Shown: positions 50,668 to 60,264 of the stretch, in pieces
How the letters are laid out: every line of letters starts with the position of its first letter
How positions within the stretch are numbered: position 1 is the first letter of the stretch
Source of the DNA: Patescibacteria group bacterium
Lineage (GTDB): Bacteria > Patescibacteriota > UBA1384 > DATEAH01
Assembly (NCBI GenBank): GCA_035288465.1
Contig: DATEAH010000005.1
Coordinates: 67,636 to 131,635 of the forward strand
DNA length: 64,000 nt
Direction: 5' to 3'
Position numbers and translations under genes: made by a program
Notes under the pieces: model-generated
Database searches by the model: none
What the model was told of the DNA's origin: nothing
Seen by the model: the letters and a program-made list of their open reading frames with translations, nothing else

Positions 50668-50739
50668 CCTCCTTAAATAGCACCTTTTTATAATAAAGTC
50701 ATCTTATTCATTTTATCAAATTATTATCAATTTTAAAAA

Positions 50740-52371
50740 TTATCGGGAAGCCGGATTTGCCGTTTTAGCGACGGTGTCTTTTGGTGTTACCCAAAAACCT
50801 AAGTATTTGCCAATCATTAATCGAGTTTGAGCTTCAATAGCCGGTAGAGAACCAAAAATAACCGCAGAAATGGGAATTAAAAACCATTGCAAAACCATTT
50901 CAATATATTTAGCCGGTGAATAATGCCTTGGCCGAGGTGGTAATAACAAGGTGGAAATTGTGGCGGAAATAATAATACCGGCCCAAGTCAACATCAATAA
51001 ATATCTGGCGAAAATTGGCAAATTATGACCCAAAACATCGGTTCGAAATTCGGGGTGGAAAACAAAAGGGAACCAAATCGTAAAAGCAATCAGCAAAGAA
51101 GCGGTCGCCCAATTAATATGCCCCTCAATCATGCGAAAAATCTGCACCAATTTTTCCCATCTCGGGATATCTTTATGACGGTGTGATTCTCTAACAAAAT
51201 AAGGAAAATGTTCAATTCCCCAAGCCCAGCGTCTTTTTTGAAGATATTGATTTTTTAACGACAGCCACCAATTTTTTCCTAAAACTGCGTCCATATAAAC
51301 CGGACAGGAAATTGGCACCGTTTGATGATCGCCAGCATATTTGAAAAAGGCGCGATAATATTGCCTTGAATCCTCAGAAACAATGGTTTTATCCCAAAAA
51401 TTAATATCTTTTAAAGTCCGCCAACTCATCGCTTGTGAGGAAAAATTGACCATTCGATAAGGCCGGGTCGATTCAATCATTTGCCAAAAACTGCTTGAAA
51501 ATGCCACCAAACGGTTAATCGAGGGCACTTGCCAAATATTGTTGGAATATAAAGGAATTGGTTGGAAACTGCGAAAACGGCGTTTGGGATGAATAATATA
51601 TTTATAAGTCAAACAGGAGAAATATTTCGGATGGACTCGGGTATCAGCATCAAAATTAGAAACTAAAATGTTTTCATCGGCAATTTTTTGCGAGCTCAAA
51701 TATTTTTTTAAAATTCCGGCGGCCCAACTCGAATTAGCACCCTTGCCCTTGAGCTCGCCGACAATATCGGCAGGATGATAGGTAATCATAAATTTATGCA
51801 TTTTCCCGCCAAATTCTTCTTGCAAGGCTTTGGCTTTTGGGTGGATTTCTTCGCCTTCTCTTTCTTCCATGGCCACGACCACAATTAAACGATTATTTGG
51901 CCACTCAGCATTGAGATAAGAATTAATTGAAGCTGACAAAACCTGCAACGGTTCTTTGAAGGTTGGTAAAATTACGACTTGGAATATTTTTTCCCAATCT
52001 AAAAAGCCAATTTTGAGGGCTTTTTTAGCTTTGCGAATTTCAATAGCTAATCTTTTTCTTTCAAAATAGCCTGCTTTTTCTTTTTGTTCTATTAAACTCC
52101 ATAAATAAAGTTTGGGATTTTTCTTAAGTTTTTTCATACGTGTTATCCAATTAACGCGACAATCCCGTTTAATTCGTAAATACCCTGAAATCAAATAACC
52201 GCCAAAAATAATGGCACGGACCAGCCAGTAAAAATCAAAAATAATCACAAAAATTGCGATCCAAGTCGGATATGTGGCGGCAATAATGATTGGGGCGATT
52301 AGGACTAACCAGGAAATTGTCCCCGGGATATAATCCAAAAAGCGGGTTTTATAATAGAGATAATTGATCAT
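50740..52371 (-). CDS. membrane GT2 glycosyltransferase
   Basis: FDAD, SEDS and QKRRWAWG motifs. Confidence 0.88.
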   Translation of the reverse strand: MINYLYYKTRFLDYIPGTISWLVLIAPIIIAATYPTWIAIFVIIFDFYWLVRAIIFGGYLISGYLRIKRDCRVNWITRMKKLKKNPKLYLWSLIEQKEKAGYFERKRLAIEIRKAKKALKIGFLDWEKIFQVVILPTFKEPLQVLSASINSYLNAEWPNNRLIVVVAMEEREGEEIHPKAKALQEEFGGKMHKFMITYHPADIVGELKGKGANSSWAAGILKKYLSSQKIADENILVSNFDADTRVHPKYFSCLTYKYIIHPKRRFRSFQPIPLYSNNIWQVPSINRLVAFSSSFWQMIESTRPYRMVNFSSQAMSWRTLKDINFWDKTIVSEDSRQYYRAFFKYAGDHQTVPISCPVYMDAVLGKNWWLSLKNQYLQKRRWAWGIEHFPYFVRESHRHKDIPRWEKLVQIFRMIEGHINWATASLLIAFTIWFPFVFHPEFRTDVLGHNLPIFARYLLMLTWAGIIISATISTLLLPPRPRHYSPAKYIEMVLQWFLIPISAVIFGSLPAIEAQTRLMIGKYLGFWVTPKDTVAKTANPASR

Positions 52372-52740
52372 TTAAAAACCTTGAGAAAGATAAAATCTAA
52401 TTAGTTCTAAAGTTAAAATTTCAATAAATGTAATAATTAAAATCAAAAAATAGCTTGCCATTTTTTCCCGAAGATAAGCTTTTTGCGCCAAATATAAATT
52501 CATCATTAAAACCAAAGTGTTAAAAATTGGCAGTAAATATAAAGTATAATTGGCTAACAAGCGGTTGGTAATCAGCGGCGAATAAATTTGGCCAATTGCG
52601 CGCATTTTCCAAATCCACAAAATCCAAATCACCACTAGCATGGCTAAATTTGCCAAATTAATTGACAAAATTACTTTATTTTTCCAAAAAGAAAAGGATC
52701 TTTTGGGAAGAATTTGATTTAATAAACTGGTAAAATCCAT
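52372..52740 (-). CDS. hypothetical membrane protein
   Basis: Three TM segments, abuts the GT2 gene. Confidence 0.65.
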   Translation of the reverse strand: MDFTSLLNQILPKRSFSFWKNKVILSINLANLAMLVVIWILWIWKMRAIGQIYSPLITNRLLANYTLYLLPIFNTLVLMMNLYLAQKAYLREKMASYFLILIITFIEILTLELIRFYLSQGF

Positions 52741-52751
52741 TTTTATTTCCT

Positions 52752-52823
52752 AGCCGTCTCCCGGATTTGAACCGGGGACCTTCACTTTACGAAAGTGCTG
52801 CTCTACCGCTGAGCTAAGACGGC
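52752..52823 (-). tRNA. tRNA-Thr(CGT)
   Basis: Cloverleaf; loop TTCGTAA. Confidence 0.93.
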
Positions 52824-52882
52824 AAAATCTGAGTAATTTCAATCTTATTTTAGCACTTTTTGGCAATCTTCACAATTTAAAA

Positions 52883-52918
52883 AGCGGGATACCGGGATCG
52901 AACTGGCGCCTCCACCTT
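52883..52918 (-). pseudogene. 3' half of a tRNA-Gly-like gene
   Basis: AAGGTGGAGGCGCCAGTTCGATCCCGGTATCCCGCT: 3' anticodon strand, T arm and 3' acceptor strand; no adjacent 5' half. Confidence 0.7.
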
Positions 52919-52941
52919 ACCTGCCCGCCATCGATAGAATG

Positions 52942-53013
52942 AGCGGTAGACCGGATTCGAACCGGCGACCTCTTCCTTGGGAAGGAAGCATTCTGCCACT
53001 GAACTACTACCGC
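52942..53013 (-). tRNA. tRNA-Gly(CCC)
   Basis: CTTCC-TTCCCAA-GGAAG. Confidence 0.95.
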
Positions 53014-53170
53014 ACTTCTTATATATTAGCAAATTCAAGGCTAATAAAAAAGGAAGGCCATACTCGGATGATGCGGGGGTGATAGCAAAAATCTGCTATC
53101 CATCTTCCGAACACGGCCTTTTCGCCTGTTGGTAGGGTTTTCTGCTGGTTGGGATGGGTTGGGTCGCGGT

Positions 53171-53497
53171 CTATCGGATGAGTGGTTCGACGGACAACTT
53201 GATCCCGGTGCGTTCCTGGCCATCAATGACCAGATTAGCGAAAGCCGGCCGGCAGATCAAGTCAATCCCTGAGGGAGCCAAGTAGCCGCGCGCGACAGCG
53301 ATCGCCTTAACGGCCTGATTCAAGGCGCCGGCGCCGATGGACATGATTTCTGCCCGACCCTTTTCACGGATGGTACCGGCGATTGCGCCAGCGACTAAAT
53401 TGGTATTGGACTTGCTCGAGACCTTGAGGATGCCGTTTGACATTTGCCGCGGGGACGACGATGACTTTACTGCACTCGGTGCAACAGATCCTGCCAT
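53171..53497 (-). CDS. spoVS: SpoVS family protein
   Basis: LKVSSKS...VAGAIAG...IGAGALNQAVKAIAVARGYL. Confidence 0.92.
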   Translation of the reverse strand: MAGSVAPSAVKSSSSPRQMSNGILKVSSKSNTNLVAGAIAGTIREKGRAEIMSIGAGALNQAVKAIAVARGYLAPSGIDLICRPAFANLVIDGQERTGIKLSVEPLIR

Positions 53498-53693
53498 TTC
53501 TGCGACTCTCCCTTCAGTTGTGTGGCGGGTTTTGCGACTGGTTTGTGGCTGTCCCCCAGGCTGAAGTCAGCAGAAAATCCCTTGAAACTGCTTTATTTAT
53601 AGCAAAAAACTCTGGAAATGTCAAGATTAAATTAAAAAATACCCTAAATAAAGGGTAAAAAATCATTTAAATCTTGATAAAAAAATATATAAA

Positions 53694-54290
53694 TTAAAAC
53701 GAACGGGCAATAGTTACGATAATAAAAATTCCGGTGGCATTGAGGAAAAAAGACAGTAGCAAGAATTGCCAATTTTTCATTTTGGAGATTCCTAAAATGC
53801 CAATTCCCATTTCGTCTGGCATTGGCGAAGCAATAATTGCAGCACCAATTAAAGGAGTAAACCATGCAAAATAAGGGGTATTAAATATTTTAAAAAGATA
53901 TGATCCTTTAATTTTTTCAAAAAATGGTTTCAACTCCCCAAAAATTTTATCTTTAAAAAAACGAAAGATTAAATAGTCACCAATTACCGCACCAGTTCCA
54001 GTTAATATTGCAACTTCGAAAGGATTTAATATATCAGCCAAATTATACAAAATCACCATTGCCGGTGCAACCGTAAAGGTAGAGACGAAAAACATCCCAG
54101 TAATAACTGCTCCGAAATACCCCATTTCCCCAATTTTTTCAATAATATTTTTAATCAAATCAGATTCGGCAAAATAAAATAAGAGAAATATACTAATAAC
54201 CAACAAGGTTGTATTTTTATATTGCCAACCCTGATAAGTTTTAACAGGATAGTCAATAATTTCTTTTATTTTCTGGCGATATTCAGCCAT
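53694..54290 (-). CDS. membrane protein (DedA/VTT-like)
   Basis: FTVAPA, GAVIGD, ASPMPDE. Confidence 0.7.
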   Translation of the reverse strand: MAEYRQKIKEIIDYPVKTYQGWQYKNTTLLVISIFLLFYFAESDLIKNIIEKIGEMGYFGAVITGMFFVSTFTVAPAMVILYNLADILNPFEVAILTGTGAVIGDYLIFRFFKDKIFGELKPFFEKIKGSYLFKIFNTPYFAWFTPLIGAAIIASPMPDEMGIGILGISKMKNWQFLLLSFFLNATGIFIIVTIARSF

Positions 54291-54397
54291 TTTCCCTCAC
54301 TCTTTCTTGATTTAATTTTATCAAAGACAAGACATAAAATAAAGCCAAATCATATTTACAAATACGAATTTTATGGTAAAATAAGATTACAAATCAT

Positions 54398-54472
54398 GGG
54401 GCCGTGGTGTAGCCTGGTTAACACGCGAGCTTGTCAAGCTTGAGATCGCCAGTTCAAATCTGGTCGGCCCCG
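54398..54472 (+). tRNA. tRNA-Asp(GTC)
   Basis: CGAGC-TTGTCAA-GCTTG; terminator follows. Confidence 0.93.
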
Positions 54473-54550
54473 GTTTTAAAATCTTTCTTTCGAAAGATTT
54501 TTCTTTATTTTAAGAGTAAATTTTGATAAAATAGAACAAGGGATTAAAAA

Positions 54551-55435
54551 ATGAAAAGAAAAATTATTTTAATTTGCGACACCAAAAATGAAATTGATGA
54601 CCAGTTTGCGATCGCCTATGCTTTAAAATCTCCCGAGATTAATCTTTTAGGCATAGTGGCTAGCCAAAACAATCGCAAGCAAGGCAAAAAATCGCTGGAA
54701 ACAAATTACCTTGAAGCTAAAAATATTATTAAATTGGCGAAGGCGAAAATTCCAGTTTTTAGGGGCGCTAATTCCCCACTAAATTTAGCAGATAAGCCTA
54801 AAAATTCCGAGGGGTTAATTTTTATTATTCGAGAAATCACTAAAAACCCACAAAAAATAGATTTGGTTTGCACTGGTCCTGCCACTGAATTAGCGAGTTT
54901 AATCCTAAAACGACCAGACTTAGTAAAAAAATGTCGCATGATTTGGTTGGGTGGTTTTAAAAATCAAAAGGAAGCTGAAAAATTTAAATGTCGAGAGGAA
55001 AATTTTTTGGGCGATATTAAAGCTGCAAAAATTTTGTTTGAGACTGAAGCAAATTTAATTATTATACCAGCATGGGGAACAGCTGATGATTTGGTCTTAC
55101 AATCGAAGAATTTGAGCGAAGAGTTAAAATCACAAAAATCGCCTCTTGCAAATTATTTAGGAGAAATTATTGATAATAATTGGACGAAACCCAAAATTAT
55201 TAGTAAAATTTTACCACACGTACTAAAAAGATTTTGGGTATTTTTTGACTTAGCCGCCGTGGCGGTGAGTAAAAATTATGGGATAGTTTCTCAACAAAAA
55301 ATTCCAGCTCCTAAAATTCGAAAAAATCAATTTATTTTTCCAAAAAACAACAAATTTAAAATTACGATTATTGATAAAATTGACGCGCCAGCGATTTTGA
55401 CGCAAGTGAAAAAATACTTGCTTGGCGGAAATTAA
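54551..55435 (+). CDS. nucleoside hydrolase family protein
   Basis: CDTKNEIDDQFA, TGPAT, WLGG, ENF..D..AA. Confidence 0.88.
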   Translation: MKRKIILICDTKNEIDDQFAIAYALKSPEINLLGIVASQNNRKQGKKSLETNYLEAKNIIKLAKAKIPVFRGANSPLNLADKPKNSEGLIFIIREITKNPQKIDLVCTGPATELASLILKRPDLVKKCRMIWLGGFKNQKEAEKFKCREENFLGDIKAAKILFETEANLIIIPAWGTADDLVLQSKNLSEELKSQKSPLANYLGEIIDNNWTKPKIISKILPHVLKRFWVFFDLAAVAVSKNYGIVSQQKIPAPKIRKNQFIFPKNNKFKITIIDKIDAPAILTQVKKYLLGGN

Positions 55436-55454
55436 AATTAAACCAAAGGAGAAA

Positions 55455-55988
55455 ATGAAAACCAAAGATAATAGCAAATTAGCTTTTGTCGATATTGAAA
55501 CTACTGGTCTTGACAGACACAAACACGAAATTATCGAAATCGGTTTATTGATAGTCAATCCTGAAAATTTTGAGATTTTAGAAACCTGGCATAAAAGAAT
55601 TAAACCTTATAATTTGCGCGGCGCAGATCCGGTCGCTTTGCGAATTAATCATTTCGACCCGAAAATTTGGGAAAAAGCTTCAGAACCCCGAGCGGCCCTG
55701 GAAGAATTTTCTCGCAAAACCCGCGATAGTTATTTGGTCTCACATAATATTTCTTTTGACCGACCATTTTTAGAAGATCATTTTCGACGCTGGCAAATTC
55801 CGGTACGCTGGCATTACCATAGTTTAGACACAATCTCATTTGCTTACTGCAAATTGCAGGATCTGGAAAGTTTAAAATTATCCAGATTGGCTGAGAGGCT
55901 CGGAATTGTTCAAGAAAAAGAACACGCCGCGCTTGACGACGTGATGACTTGTTATCGGGTTTTTCGAAAATTAGTTGAGGAAAATTAA
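55455..55988 (+). CDS. DEDDh 3'-5' exonuclease (DnaQ-like)
   Basis: DIETTG, HNISFD, HAALDD. Confidence 0.92.
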   Translation: MKTKDNSKLAFVDIETTGLDRHKHEIIEIGLLIVNPENFEILETWHKRIKPYNLRGADPVALRINHFDPKIWEKASEPRAALEEFSRKTRDSYLVSHNISFDRPFLEDHFRRWQIPVRWHYHSLDTISFAYCKLQDLESLKLSRLAERLGIVQEKEHAALDDVMTCYRVFRKLVEEN

Positions 55989-56013
55989 TTATAATTTGTA
56001 TAAAAAATCATTA

Positions 56014-57072
56014 TTATTTTACAAAACGCCAAATTCTCGTTTTCTTTTTAACATTTTCAAACCAAACATTTATAGCGTCATTAATCTTGCCTTTGCGCTC
56101 GGTCAGCATCACCACATGATAGGCATGCTTACTTTTGCAAACCACAATTTCGTTAGTGCCCATTTTGCCAATTTTATCATTACATTCTGTGCCTAATTTG
56201 GCAGCGACATCTTTCATATATACCCAGCCCAAATCGCCACCCTTATCTTTGGAATTGACATCTTCAGAGTATTTTGTGGCTAAAGTGGCAAAGTTATTAT
56301 TTTTGCTCGCATCGGCTCTAAAGGCTTCAGCTTTTGCTGATAAAGCATCCTTGGTTTTTTTATCAGCTTTATCTGGAATCTGAAGTAGGATTTGCTTGAG
56401 GTTAACTTTTAAGGGTATTTCTTCATTTAATTTCTCACGCAATAAACGATCACGAATTAAGCTTTTAAAATATTGGATGTCAAAACCCCACAATTCCTCA
56501 AGAAGTTTGGTGACTTTATCTTCGCCACCTTCTCCAACGACTAATTGTTGATAAGTATCTTCAACTTCTTTGTCGGTGACTTTAATGCCATATTTGGCAG
56601 CTTCACGTTTGTAAATTTCTTGGTTAATCATATCTTCGAGTGCCGCCGCTTTATAATCTTGGCTTGGTTTTTGTTTGGTTTTTTCATAATAATGTTCCAA
56701 ATATCCCAATCTGATATTATAATCTTTGAGTAAAATTGGGTTAGCGCCCACGGTTGCGGCTGGATATGGCACAATTTTTTGCGCCCATTTTGCGGCTGTA
56801 TTATTCCAATGGTACTTATATAATCCAATTCCAAAAACTACCACTAAAATTATAAAAACTGCCACAATTCCAATCACAATACTCCAAATTAAACGTTTGC
56901 GAAAAGTATGAACATCTTTTGAACCAGTAAAAATAGTTTTAAAGGATTTAAAAAAGTTTTTGAAAAAGTTCAAAAATCCGAACCAAATTCGAGCAAATAT
57001 TGAAAGTAAAGACTTAGGTTTTTTAGTTTCATTTGGCTCTTCGGCATGATAAGATACAAAACCATTTGACAT
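56014..57072 (-). CDS. SurA/PrsA-like parvulin PPIase
   Basis: TM, SurA N-domain-like region, FATLATKYSED..SKDKGGDLGW. Confidence 0.88.
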   Translation of the reverse strand: MSNGFVSYHAEEPNETKKPKSLLSIFARIWFGFLNFFKNFFKSFKTIFTGSKDVHTFRKRLIWSIVIGIVAVFIILVVVFGIGLYKYHWNNTAAKWAQKIVPYPAATVGANPILLKDYNIRLGYLEHYYEKTKQKPSQDYKAAALEDMINQEIYKREAAKYGIKVTDKEVEDTYQQLVVGEGGEDKVTKLLEELWGFDIQYFKSLIRDRLLREKLNEEIPLKVNLKQILLQIPDKADKKTKDALSAKAEAFRADASKNNNFATLATKYSEDVNSKDKGGDLGWVYMKDVAAKLGTECNDKIGKMGTNEIVVCKSKHAYHVVMLTERKGKINDAINVWFENVKKKTRIWRFVK

Positions 57073-57093
57073 AAAACTCCTTATTTAATCTCT

Positions 57094-57876
57094 CTAAAAT
57101 ACAGTATACCATTTTAAAGTCGCAAGTATAAGGGCAAAAATAATGATGAAAATTATAATAAATTCAGCAATATCACGATTTTTTAATTCTTTTTTAGCTT
57201 TTAACAGCAACAAACCCGAAAAAGTATAAAAGACTAAAATTAATATGATACTTTGAGTGGCAAAACTGGCTGGCCAAAATGATAACACGACAAAAACTTC
57301 GAGCATGACTAAACCGAGCAGAGAAACAAAAGGTAAAATAAAATCTGAAAAAACATTTGTCGCCCAAAATAAATAATAAAAAAGCCCAAGGCTGATTATT
57401 AAAATTAAAACCATGCTAAACCAAAGGGCTAAGCCGAAATTAAAATAAATGCTATAAATTACCCAAAAATCTAAAAATGCCGCGAGATTTAAAACAAAAA
57501 ATAAAAAATTAAAAACTAATATATTTTTGGGATCTTTGGGCCTTTCGAGGGGAATTTTTTTATAATTTATAAAAAAGAGTAAGTTGGCAATAATACCCAA
57601 AAAAATCACAATTTGTCTTAAAAGTCCGGAAGCTTCAAAAAATAGGAAAAAAACCACGCCAAAAATTAAGAGTAGGGGCAGGATTAATTTTTTCATTTTG
57701 AGCCGTTTGCGCCTAATAAGATCCGGGCCCAAAATCCAAAAAATTGCGAGGATAAAACCAATGGAAATTGGAATCAAGATTGCCCAAAAAAATTGTTGCT
57801 TAAAATATAAAGCTTCAAAAAAACCAAAAAGAACAAGGATGAAAACTGTAATTTTAATTTTATCGGCAAAGTTCAT
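57094..57876 (-). CDS. polytopic membrane protein
   Basis: Multiple TM segments. Confidence 0.75.
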   Translation of the reverse strand: MNFADKIKITVFILVLFGFFEALYFKQQFFWAILIPISIGFILAIFWILGPDLIRRKRLKMKKLILPLLLIFGVVFFLFFEASGLLRQIVIFLGIIANLLFFINYKKIPLERPKDPKNILVFNFLFFVLNLAAFLDFWVIYSIYFNFGLALWFSMVLILIISLGLFYYLFWATNVFSDFILPFVSLLGLVMLEVFVVLSFWPASFATQSIILILVFYTFSGLLLLKAKKELKNRDIAEFIIIFIIIFALILATLKWYTVF

Positions 57877-57881
57877 TTGGT

Positions 57882-59294
57882 TTACTCCCCTGAGCTCGAA
57901 CTGCTCGAAGAGGTGATTGATTGAAAATCTGCGCCTAAAATTATGATGATATCGGCTTGGGTGGTCGAGGCTGGATTTTGTTGGGAAACTTGAGCAGAAA
58001 TTAATTGCTGCAGTAATTTAAGCGTGGCGGGCTTGGCGCCAGAGGTATAATCGATTATTTTAGTAGTTGAGGTTTTTTCGGCATTAGTAACATTAATAAT
58101 ATTTAGGCCTTCTTTTTTGAGCAAATTGGCGGTAGTGGTAGCCAGACCCACTGTCGTAGAGCCATTTTTAACTTCAATTTTTGCCGCTTCGGATTCGACA
58201 TTACCTGTTTCAAAAATATTCTTGGCAATCAATTGAATTTGATCATAATCGCCAATGCCCGCTTTTGGAATTAAAACAAACATGCCATTATATGTTGCCG
58301 ATTTCAAAACACCCTTGGTGCTATTATCAAACACCTTGTTGATTATTTTGCTTCGATCAATATTTTTGGTAAGTGTGACTAAGCGCTCAACTTCCTTAAA
58401 GCTCAAATCTGTAGTGAAATGCTGATCAATTATTTTGAGTAATTTAATAATTTTTCCAACATCAAAAAATGACAATTTAACCGCTTTATCTTTAATCGCG
58501 GTTAAAACCTGCTGCTGCCTTTTAGCGCGGTCAAAATCAGAACTAGTTTCTCTGGAACGGGCATACTTTAGGGCTAAGGAGCCGCTCATATGTTGCTGGC
58601 CTTTAGAAATTTTTAAAGTTTGGTAACCATAATTATCTGTTGGATAATAGGGATCGTAAAGATTTTTTTCAACATAAATATCGATACCGCCCAACTCATC
58701 AACAATATTTTCAAAACCGACAAAATCCATTTTAATATAATAATGGATGGGCAAATCAGTCACATCTGTAATAGTTTGTTTCAAATATTCATAACCATTT
58801 TCTGGCGCCTTAGCAATTAATAAACTATGTTTGGTAGTGGAATTTTTAGCATTATTGGCTTTCTCCTTACCTAGGGCATAAACAGAATTAATTTTTACAT
58901 AAGAACTTGTGCCCGGAGCTTTGACATATAAATCTCGGGGGATAGAAATTAAAGCCGCTTTATTTTCAGAGGGTTTAATTGATAAAATCATAATTGTATC
59001 GGTTAATTCTGGCCCCTGATGACCCGAACCTGGCATGCCCAGCAAGAGCACGTTTACCCGATCAGCGTCTTCACCATTAAGTTTCGCATCAGATTTGCCA
59101 GTCACTCGAGAGATTAAATTTAAAAATGGTGATTTTGATGCTGAACCTTGGTTGAAAAAATTAAAAATTGAGGAAATTCCAAAAGCCGCTAGCCAAGCAA
59201 TTAGAATAATCCCAAAAATTACCGAAGTCCAAATTAAAGCTTTTTTAGCTTTTTTGGGTTTTTGTTTTGGTCCAAGATTCATATGGTTAAGCAA
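57882..59294 (-). CDS. LCP (LytR-CpsA-Psr) family protein with LytR C-terminal domain
   Basis: TDTIM, SIPRDL, KINS, SDFDRAKRQQ, VKNGS...GLA. Confidence 0.92.
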   Translation of the reverse strand: MLNHMNLGPKQKPKKAKKALIWTSVIFGIILIAWLAAFGISSIFNFFNQGSASKSPFLNLISRVTGKSDAKLNGEDADRVNVLLLGMPGSGHQGPELTDTIMILSIKPSENKAALISIPRDLYVKAPGTSSYVKINSVYALGKEKANNAKNSTTKHSLLIAKAPENGYEYLKQTITDVTDLPIHYYIKMDFVGFENIVDELGGIDIYVEKNLYDPYYPTDNYGYQTLKISKGQQHMSGSLALKYARSRETSSDFDRAKRQQQVLTAIKDKAVKLSFFDVGKIIKLLKIIDQHFTTDLSFKEVERLVTLTKNIDRSKIINKVFDNSTKGVLKSATYNGMFVLIPKAGIGDYDQIQLIAKNIFETGNVESEAAKIEVKNGSTTVGLATTTANLLKKEGLNIINVTNAEKTSTTKIIDYTSGAKPATLKLLQQLISAQVSQQNPASTTQADIIIILGADFQSITSSSSSSSGE

Positions 59295-59408
59295 ATTACC
59301 TCATATTATTTAAAAATTAAAAGATCTTTTTTAACAAAGATTGGTTTTACATTCATTTTTAATTATATGGCACGAGGCTTAATTAGTCAATAAAATTGTA
59401 GAATTTGA

Positions 59409-59807
59409 TTATTTAAGTTTAAAATTGTAAAAAGGCAAGACTTGGCGATTTTTAGAAAATTTGTGGTTTTTAAACTTAATAAATCCAGCCTGGGTCATTT
59501 TGAGAATATTTTTTTCGTTTTTGATGCCGATAATTGGGATTTTTAGGCTTTCAGCCAAAGCATTTGCACAAGAAATTCCAACCCTCAAACCCGTGAAAGA
59601 ACCGGGTCCGTGGTTAACAATAATGGTTTTGAGATCTTTGAGATTGACTTTGTTTTTTGATAATAGCTGGTCGATTCTAATTAATAAATTTTCTGATTTT
59701 TTTTCAGAATGCCATTTTAAAACTTTTTGAATTTTTTTCGGCCAAAAAAGGCAAATTGCCAAATTTGGTCCGGCAGTATCAATTGCCAAAATCATAATTT
59801 TCCTCAC
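59409..59807 (-). CDS. tsaB: t6A biosynthesis protein TsaB (short form)
   Basis: ILAIDT, GPGSFTGLRVG. Confidence 0.9.
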   Translation of the reverse strand: MRKIMILAIDTAGPNLAICLFWPKKIQKVLKWHSEKKSENLLIRIDQLLSKNKVNLKDLKTIIVNHGPGSFTGLRVGISCANALAESLKIPIIGIKNEKNILKMTQAGFIKFKNHKFSKNRQVLPFYNFKLK

Positions 59808-60264
59808 TTAAAACAATTTTTCGGCGATTTTCGTCAAGATATTCAAAGTTGAACCATTTCGTGTTTGAAGGTAAAATATGTTTAATTTTTTCTGGCCATT
59901 CTATCACCACCAAATTTTCGGGCGTAAAATATTCTTGGAGTTCTTTTTCGAAAACAGGATCAACTCCCCTTAACCGATATAAATCAATATGAATTAGATT
60001 TTTAGCTGCAAGATGCTTACTGCTAACTCGGTATTCTTTTATTAATATAAAGGTCGGGCTAGTGATTGGTTTTTTAATTCCCAATCCCCTAGCCAATCCT
60101 TGTACAAAACAGGTTTTACCACTCCCTAAATCTCCAGCCAATGCTAAAACTTGCCCATTTTCACGGGCTAGTTTTTTGGCAAATTTTTTGGCAAATTCCT
60201 GGGTATATTTAGCGGAATTAGAAATTTTTTGCAATTTTATTTCTCCAAATTTGAAATCCGACAA
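59779..60264 (-). CDS. tsaE: t6A biosynthesis ATPase TsaE
   Basis: GDLGSGKT, SPTF, HIDLYRL, IEW; true start likely slightly downstream. Confidence 0.93.
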   Translation of the reverse strand: MSDFKFGEIKLQKISNSAKYTQEFAKKFAKKLARENGQVLALAGDLGSGKTCFVQGLARGLGIKKPITSPTFILIKEYRVSSKHLAAKNLIHIDLYRLRGVDPVFEKELQEYFTPENLVVIEWPEKIKHILPSNTKWFNFEYLDENRRKIVLSEENYDFGN

